64,000 nucleotides of DNA from Candidatus Cloacimonadales bacterium (GTDB taxonomy: Bacteria > Cloacimonadota > Cloacimonadia > Cloacimonadales > JAFGVF01): contig OY782781.1 in the NCBI GenBank assembly GCA_963678315.1, positions 2,336,001-2,400,000 of the forward strand, given 5' to 3'. Under the pieces are notes generated by a model that had not been told where the DNA came from, ran no database searches, and was given only the letters and a program-made list of their open reading frames with translations. This document shows, one piece after another, positions 57,238-64,000 of this stretch; the first letter of the stretch is position 1, and each line of letters begins with the position of its first letter. Position numbers and translations under genes: made by a program.

Positions 57238-59892
57238 TTATTTATCTTTATTTTTAATTTTATCTTGTATTTCTTGTAGCTTTTGCCAAGCATCAATAGG
57301 AGACATCTCATTTAGATTATATTCACTAATCTCATCGAATATCTCATTGCTTCCATCATCTTGTTCTTGCAAGTATTCAAATATATTAATTTGATCGTCT
57401 ATAGTACTTAGTTGCTTCTTTATCTTTCCAGTTAAGCCTTGAGGACTAAGTTCATGTTCTTCAAGATTCTTTAATATCTGCTTAGCTCTGTTTATTACTT
57501 TAACTGGCATACCAGCTAATCTAGCAACCTGAATTCCATAACTTTGATCTGCTCCACCACGTTCAATCTTACGAGTAAAGATCATTTCATCATTCCATTC
57601 ACGTACTGTAATATTGTAGTTTTTAACAGAAGATAAGATATTTTCTAATTCTGTTAATTCATGATAATGAGTCGCAAACAAGGTTTTTGCATGCTTAAAC
57701 TTATGAATAAATTCTACTATAGACCATGCTAAAGAAAGACCATCAAAAGTAGAAGTTCCTCTACCAATTTCATCTAATAAAATCAAAGAGTCTCTTGTAG
57801 CAGAATTAAGAATATTGGCTGTTTCAATCATTTCAACCAAGAATGTAGATTGACCTTGCGCTAAGTTATCAGAAGCTCCTACCCTTGTAAAAACCTTGTC
57901 AAATATTGGAATAACAGCCTTGGAGGCTGGAACAAATGAACCAATCTGAGCCATAATTGCAATTAAACCAATCTGTCTAAGATAAGTAGATTTACCAGCC
58001 ATATTTGGACCAGTAATTATTGCTATCTGATTATTCTGTGAATCCAAGATAACATCATTAGGGATATATGGTTCATCTGTTAACAACTTTTCTATAACTG
58101 GATGACGACATTCCTCTAATATTAGTTGACCTTCATCACTAAACTCAGGCATGATATAGTGAAGCTTATGTGCGTTATATGCAAAACTACATATTACATC
58201 AAGAACAGAAACAACATCAACAAAGCTCTGCATCAGCTCTAACTTCTCTTGTAAATCCGATCTTAACTGCTTATATATCTCATATTCTAAAGACTTAATT
58301 CTTTCTTCAGCTCCGAGTACTTTAGATTCATATTCTTTTAGTTGTGGAGAGATATACCTTTCTGAATTGACTAATGTTTGTTTACGAATATAATGTTCAG
58401 GTACCTTATCTTTATGAGTCTTTGTTACTTCTAGATAATAACCAAAAACCTTGTTATAGCCTATTTTTAATGAATTAATCCCAGTAGTTTGCTTTTCAGT
58501 ATCTTCAAGTTTAGCTATCCAAGCTTTACCGTCTTTACTAATGGCTCTTAACTCATCTAATTCTGTATCTACACCATCTTTGATAATATTGCCATCTTTG
58601 ATTGTAATAGCAGGATTATCAATAATGGCACTATCAATTGTATCAACTATTGTACTGTAATCTTGTAAGCTTTTAGCACTGCATTGAATTAAATCAGAGT
58701 TGTAATCATTAAGTATAGTCTTAATTTTAGGTGATAAAGCAAGGTAATTACGTAAAGCAATTAGTTCTCGTGGATTAACCTTTAGTGATCCTACTTTAGA
58801 AAGAATTCTGCTAACATCCCCTACTTCTTTTAGAAGATCTCTAATGTCTATTGTATCATGGAACTTATCCTTACATTCGGCAACAGCTTGGTGCCTTTTA
58901 TATATCTCTTCTTTATCAATAAGTGGATGAACTAGCCAGTTATTAATAAGCCTAGTTCCCATAGGTGTAAGAGTAGTATCAAGAACTGAAATAAGGGAAC
59001 CATATTTATTACCATATCTCATGGACTTAGTAAGCTCTAAGTTTCTACGACTAATATCGTCTAGTAGCATGAAGCTATCAAGAGAGTAATAAAGTAACTT
59101 ATTTATATGCTTTAAATCATTATTCTTGAGTTCTTGCAGATAAGCCAAAGCTACTCCAGCTGAAGCTGCTCCAATCCTCTTACGATTAGCCCCCAAACTC
59201 TCAAGAGTTGTCGTATGAAAGTGCTTCTTTAGTATAGAAATTGCTTCTTTAGTATCATATTGCCATGAATCAAATATTGTGATTGTTGGACTGTGTTCCA
59301 ACTGCATCTTTTCTATTTCTTGCTGAAGAATATCATCTTTTACAACAATTTCAGCAGATTCCAATCGCAGAAGTTCATTCTTTAATTGTTCTTTTGATAC
59401 TTCAGTAAATACAAAGTCTCCTGTTGAAATATCTATTGAAGCTAAGCCTACTATGTTCTTCTTCCCAAAGCTCAAAACACTAAGATAGTTGTTTTCTGCT
59501 TTATTAATAAGCTTGTTATCAATAATAGAACCCGGAGTAATTATATCCACAATATCTCTTTTAACAATACCTTTTGCTTGGGAAGGGTCTTCAACTTGCT
59601 CACAAATAGCGACCTTATGTCCTGCTTGAATCAACTTTTCTAGATAGTTATCTAATGCATGATAAGGGAATCCAGCTAATGGAACAGGATCATCGTCACT
59701 CTTATTACGGGCGGTGAGAGTAATTCCAAGAACTTTTGCTGTTACTTTGGCATCATCAAAGAATGTTTCATAGAAGTCCCCCATTCTAAACAAGAGAATT
59801 TTATCAACGTGTTCTTCTTTGAACTTCCAATACTGTTGTAGCATGGGAGTAGATTTCTTTTTATCTTGTTCTTTCGTTTTATTCTTAGTCAT
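57238..59892 (-). CDS. mutS: DNA mismatch repair protein MutS
   Basis: TPMLQQY, FRMGDFYE, TGPNMAGKSTY, STFLVEM, DEIGRGTS, FATHYHEL. Confidence 0.98.
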   Translation of the reverse strand: MTKNKTKEQDKKKSTPMLQQYWKFKEEHVDKILLFRMGDFYETFFDDAKVTAKVLGITLTARNKSDDDPVPLAGFPYHALDNYLEKLIQAGHKVAICEQVEDPSQAKGIVKRDIVDIITPGSIIDNKLINKAENNYLSVLSFGKKNIVGLASIDISTGDFVFTEVSKEQLKNELLRLESAEIVVKDDILQQEIEKMQLEHSPTITIFDSWQYDTKEAISILKKHFHTTTLESLGANRKRIGAASAGVALAYLQELKNNDLKHINKLLYYSLDSFMLLDDISRRNLELTKSMRYGNKYGSLISVLDTTLTPMGTRLINNWLVHPLIDKEEIYKRHQAVAECKDKFHDTIDIRDLLKEVGDVSRILSKVGSLKVNPRELIALRNYLALSPKIKTILNDYNSDLIQCSAKSLQDYSTIVDTIDSAIIDNPAITIKDGNIIKDGVDTELDELRAISKDGKAWIAKLEDTEKQTTGINSLKIGYNKVFGYYLEVTKTHKDKVPEHYIRKQTLVNSERYISPQLKEYESKVLGAEERIKSLEYEIYKQLRSDLQEKLELMQSFVDVVSVLDVICSFAYNAHKLHYIMPEFSDEGQLILEECRHPVIEKLLTDEPYIPNDVILDSQNNQIAIITGPNMAGKSTYLRQIGLIAIMAQIGSFVPASKAVIPIFDKVFTRVGASDNLAQGQSTFLVEMIETANILNSATRDSLILLDEIGRGTSTFDGLSLAWSIVEFIHKFKHAKTLFATHYHELTELENILSSVKNYNITVREWNDEMIFTRKIERGGADQSYGIQVARLAGMPVKVINRAKQILKNLEEHELSPQGLTGKIKKQLSTIDDQINIFEYLQEQDDGSNEIFDEISEYNLNEMSPIDAWQKLQEIQDKIKNKDK

Positions 59893-61300
59893 TCTTCTTT
59901 AAAAAGCACTCTACGCCATCATTTTTAAGGTTGTCGATGTTATCTTTTGCTTCTTTAGCCTGTGAGTAAGGACCACCCCAAACTACATATGTAGTTTTCC
60001 CAGTAGATTCATTAATATCTCTAACAACATTCCACATAATTTGGTAGACGTAAAGATTTTTAGCATAATCTATTGCTCTTTCTTGATTAGAAAATCTACC
60101 TACTTGAATAAAGTACTTACCAACAGGTTTATTCATCATGACGATATAATTGTTTGGCTCTACATTAATTGGTCTATCTAACAACTCACCTTTGTCATTA
60201 TTAGAATCAACTTCATTGCCTTCTTTTTTAGATGGGCTTGTTTCATTGAAAATATCAATATCCAATTCTGGCTTGTTATCTTCTACAGGTGTCAATCTAT
60301 CTAGAAATTCTCCATCTTCTGGGTCGTATAAGGATTGCTCGTTAACAGCTAAAGTATCAGTATCAATAGGTTGAATTTCTTGCACTATTGATCCAACATT
60401 GCCTTCAGTGTTTGATTCACTAATATAGCTATTCAAAATAGAAAGGGTATCAGTTCTAACGATATTAGTTAGGTCAAAGTCCTTTGCTGAAGTTGTATAT
60501 TTTTTTACAGAAGAATCTTTGATTTCATCTCTATTTTGCTTGGCATATAACCAAGAATAATCTATGTTTTCTTTAGAGTATTTCCTAATCTCGAAAACAT
60601 GTTCCTCAGCCAGTGCTGCATATTGGCTATACTGGTCAATCATAAAAGATTTCTTATAGTTAGATACAGCCTTCTTAATTTCTCCTGATCGTTCATAGCT
60701 AAGTCCAAGATTATAATACAAATATGCTTTATTCAGACCTTCTTTATCATTTTTAAGCAATTGTTCTATATGAACTATAGCCTCTTTATATTTTGCTTGT
60801 TGAACATTACCTTCAATCAACATATAGTAACTTAAATCATATTTATGGTCTTTTTTATCACTTTCTTTAAGGAAGTTATTAGCATATTTTTCACTTTTAG
60901 CAAACTCTTGTTTCATGAAATACAATCTTGCCATCCAGTAATTGTATTCATATACTTTTTCTTTATTCTCAATTTTTAAGAAATAAAGTTCTGCTTTTGA
61001 GTAATTTCTTTTAAAGAAGTTGATGACTCCAAGCTTGAAATGAATCTTATCACGATATTCGATTTGTGGAAAATACTCTATCAATTCAGTCATAGCTGCT
61101 TCAAAATTCTTATTACTTATAAGAGATTCATAGTAAGCTGCTCTTGGTAATTCATCCTCTGACAATCTAGGTTTTGTATATATTTTCTTGCGTAATTCAT
61201 TAATCTTGCCATTATTAAAATACTCTTCATACTCTATTGAAAACAGTGATATTGAACTTAAACATACTGCTAATATAAAAGACACAACTTTTCTATTCAT
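59885..61300 (-). CDS. Exported TPR-repeat protein with C-terminal SPOR domain
   Basis: Signal peptide; TPR-like helices (YYNLGLSYERSG); YFIQVGRFS...VWGGPY SPOR pattern. Confidence 0.8.
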   Translation of the reverse strand: MNRKVVSFILAVCLSSISLFSIEYEEYFNNGKINELRKKIYTKPRLSEDELPRAAYYESLISNKNFEAAMTELIEYFPQIEYRDKIHFKLGVINFFKRNYSKAELYFLKIENKEKVYEYNYWMARLYFMKQEFAKSEKYANNFLKESDKKDHKYDLSYYMLIEGNVQQAKYKEAIVHIEQLLKNDKEGLNKAYLYYNLGLSYERSGEIKKAVSNYKKSFMIDQYSQYAALAEEHVFEIRKYSKENIDYSWLYAKQNRDEIKDSSVKKYTTSAKDFDLTNIVRTDTLSILNSYISESNTEGNVGSIVQEIQPIDTDTLAVNEQSLYDPEDGEFLDRLTPVEDNKPELDIDIFNETSPSKKEGNEVDSNNDKGELLDRPINVEPNNYIVMMNKPVGKYFIQVGRFSNQERAIDYAKNLYVYQIMWNVVRDINESTGKTTYVVWGGPYSQAKEAKDNIDNLKNDGVECFLKKND

Positions 61301-62489
61301 CTCGTTTCCTCACTAATCCATTTTCTGGAATTTTTTCATTGAGTTCAATATAAGAACAAGTATTAGGTTTTGTAAATGGAATTTCTTGCATATCCTCACT
61401 AAATATTTTTTCAACAGTGATTTTTATATCATCATCTATATCAGGGAATATTATTTCAATTTCATCACCAACTACAAATTTGTTTAGTATTTGAATTTTT
61501 ACAAGCCTTCCTTCTTGATGAAGAACCTTACCAATAAATTTATAGTCTCTAATATATGCTGAATTCTCATAGTATTGAGTTTCAGTATCGTTAAAGCCGT
61601 CAAAGAAAGCTTCAGTATAAACCCTATGCGAAACATTATTTAGTTCTGCTATTAATTTATCTGTTAAGTCTTTCCCTTCTTGCAAGTATTCCAGAGCCTT
61701 TCGGTAAACTCTCACAACATTACTTACGTAATATAATGATTTCATTCTGCCCTCTATCTTGATACTCTCAATACCAACATCACAAATTTCTTTTAACCTA
61801 TTAATCAAAGAAAGGTCTTTGGAATTCATTATATAAGTACCAAATTCATCTTCAGTTATTGGAAAATACTCATTGGGACGTGTTTCTTCGACGAGATGAT
61901 ATTTCCATCTACATGGTTGTGTACAAGCTCCTAAATTAGCAGAACGATTGTTAAAGAATGCAGATAATAAACATCTTCCAGAATAAGCAATGCACATTGC
62001 CCCATGGACAAACATTTCTAATTCAACATTGGGAAGCTTAGCTTTCATTTCAACTATTTCTTTGAAAGAAAGTTCTCTAGCTAATATAACTCTAGAAGCA
62101 CCTTGTTTATTCCAGAAGTCAGCACTTTTCCATGAAACAACATTTGCTTGTGTACTAATATGTATTTCTAGGTTAGTTTCTTCTTTTACAACTTGAAACA
62201 CTCCCGGGTCAGAGACAATTAAAGCATCAACACCGATTTCCTCTAAGGTCTTTACATATTCAGGTAAACCTTCAATATGTTGATTATGAGCGAATATATT
62301 AACTGTTACATATAGTTTTTTATCCCTTTCATGACAAAAAGCTACAGCTTCTTTTAATTCTTCAAGTGTTAAGTTTCCAGCTTTTGCTCTAAGACCATAT
62401 CTATCTGTTGCAGTATAAACTGCATCAGCTCCATACATAATAGCAAACTTTAGCTTATCAAGAGTTCCTGCAGGTGCTAATAATTCCAT
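61293..62489 (-). CDS. U32 peptidase family protein (TrhP/YegQ-like)
   Basis: ELLAPAG, HISTQ, LAREL, HGAMCIAYSGRC, CTQPCRW, KIEGR. Confidence 0.92.
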   Translation of the reverse strand: MELLAPAGTLDKLKFAIMYGADAVYTATDRYGLRAKAGNLTLEELKEAVAFCHERDKKLYVTVNIFAHNQHIEGLPEYVKTLEEIGVDALIVSDPGVFQVVKEETNLEIHISTQANVVSWKSADFWNKQGASRVILARELSFKEIVEMKAKLPNVELEMFVHGAMCIAYSGRCLLSAFFNNRSANLGACTQPCRWKYHLVEETRPNEYFPITEDEFGTYIMNSKDLSLINRLKEICDVGIESIKIEGRMKSLYYVSNVVRVYRKALEYLQEGKDLTDKLIAELNNVSHRVYTEAFFDGFNDTETQYYENSAYIRDYKFIGKVLHQEGRLVKIQILNKFVVGDEIEIIFPDIDDDIKITVEKIFSEDMQEIPFTKPNTCSYIELNEKIPENGLVRKRDE

Positions 62490-62503
62490 ATTATCTCTTT
62501 ATT

Positions 62504-63763
62504 TTAGTTACTCATTGATTTCAAGAAATCATTATTGGTTTTGCTTGATAACATTTTCTTTCTGAGTGTTTCAATACCTTGAGCAGGACTCATAGTTTTT
62601 AGGAATTTCCTTAAGATGAACATTCTATTTCTTTCCATGTCTGTAAGAAGAAGTTCCTCTCTTCTTGTTCCTGATTTAACAAGATCAATTGCCGGATAAA
62701 GTCTCATATCACTGATAGATCTATCAAGAATAATATCCATATTACCAGTACCTTTAAACTCTTCAAAGATAACTTGGTCCATTCTAGAACCTGTATCAAC
62801 TAAAGCAGTTGAGATAATTGTTAAAGATCCAGATTCAACTGTATCACGAGCAGCACCAAAGAACTTTTTAGGTTTAGTTAAACCATTAGCATCAATACCA
62901 CCAGAAAGTACTTTACCAGAAGATGGTTGAACATTGTTGTAAGCACGAGCTAAACGTGTTATAGAATCCAGAACAATTACAACATCTTTACCTAATTCAC
63001 ACATTCTCTTTGCTTTATTTAAGACCATTTCGGCAACAGCAATGTGACTCTTAGGGCTTTCATCAAATGTTGAGCTTACTACTTCTCGATTACCTTCTTT
63101 AAGAATCTTTCTCATATCAGTAACTTCTTCAGGACGTTCATCAATAAGCAGCACAATCAATTGCATTTCAGGATGATTGGTCAATATAGCATTAGCAATA
63201 TTTTGAAGCAAAATTGTCTTACCAGTCCTAGGTGCAGCAACAATCAAACCCCTCTGTCCCATACCGATAGGAGTGAATAAATTAATAATTCTTGTCGATA
63301 AATCATTTTGACCTGTTTCTAGATTAATCTTTTGAGTTGGGTAGTAAGGAGTTAAGTTATCAAAGTGTTTTGATTCTAAAGCTTTTTGAGGTGTATCATC
63401 ATTTATTGCATCAACTCTCAATAAAGCGTAGTATTTTTCCCCTTCTTTTGGAGATCTTACTGGACCAGCAATCATATGACCTGGTTTTAAATTAAATCTT
63501 TTAACCTGTGTTAAAGAAACATATACATCATCTCTACCAGGTAGGTAGTTATTGTGTTGGAATCTTAAAAATCCATACCCATCAACTGTTAATTCTAAGC
63601 AACCAATAACAAACGCTAAGCCTTCTTGAGAAGCATTGAATTCGAGGATTGAGTATATTAATTCTAGTTTTTTCATTGAGCTGTAGCCAGTTAAACCACT
63701 CTCTTTTGCTAATTTATTTAGTTCGGGTACTGTCTTTTCAAAAATATCTTCGTATTTTTTCAT
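62504..63763 (-). CDS. rho: Transcription termination factor Rho
   Basis: [51 protein letters not shown]. Confidence 0.97.
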   Translation of the reverse strand: MKKYEDIFEKTVPELNKLAKESGLTGYSSMKKLELIYSILEFNASQEGLAFVIGCLELTVDGYGFLRFQHNNYLPGRDDVYVSLTQVKRFNLKPGHMIAGPVRSPKEGEKYYALLRVDAINDDTPQKALESKHFDNLTPYYPTQKINLETGQNDLSTRIINLFTPIGMGQRGLIVAAPRTGKTILLQNIANAILTNHPEMQLIVLLIDERPEEVTDMRKILKEGNREVVSSTFDESPKSHIAVAEMVLNKAKRMCELGKDVVIVLDSITRLARAYNNVQPSSGKVLSGGIDANGLTKPKKFFGAARDTVESGSLTIISTALVDTGSRMDQVIFEEFKGTGNMDIILDRSISDMRLYPAIDLVKSGTRREELLLTDMERNRMFILRKFLKTMSPAQGIETLRKKMLSSKTNNDFLKSMSN

Positions 63764-63820
63764 TGATTCTCCTAAGAGGTTATTATATTAATTGTTTGTT
63801 TTAAATGTTTAAGATCAAGG

Positions 63821-63896
<76 letters not shown>

Positions 63897-64000
63897 ACAC
63901 TTAGGTTTTAAAAAATTCAGTTTACGTTTAATGTCAATGATTTTATCATACTTTTTTATCTATTACATTGTTTTAGTAAATTAATTAATTATTAACTTAT

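Overview
AT-rich chromosomal window from a diderm, probably anaerobic bacterium. The gene content resembles Cloacimonadota/FCB-group genomes, but that is an inference only. The backbone is housekeeping: ribH-nusB, an S1 protein, lysS, lolC/E, serC, maf, tsaB, mreBCD-mrdA-rodA, degP, trxB, mutS, a U32-family protein, rho and tRNA-Lys(CTT). Four accessory elements stand out. (1) A separately promoted operon at 15.8-21.7 kb encodes a ComEA-like helix-hairpin-helix protein fused to an outer-membrane barrel, a second outer-membrane barrel and an exported 5'-nucleotidase. It is a candidate nucleic-acid/nucleotide scavenging system. (2) A ~21 kb anaerobic purine-catabolism locus (30.1-51.4 kb) is split into two convergent operons. 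It contains guaD, two different xanthine-dehydrogenase-family enzymes, ssnA, ygeY, ygeW, a hydantoinase, mocA and xdhC. A single-chain dihydropyrimidine-dehydrogenase-like fusion sits where ygfK is expected, two other PLP enzymes appear instead of ygeX, and an outer-membrane barrel gene closes one operon. (3) A family of REP-like intergenic repeats is present: four ~51-bp palindromes, a duplicated composite element, and a 4 x 77-bp structured A-B-A-B array bounded by imperfect inverted repeats. (4) A tandem GT4-GT4 glycosyltransferase ORF, missed by the ORF track, runs off the left edge. No transposase, integrase, cas gene or CRISPR array was seen.
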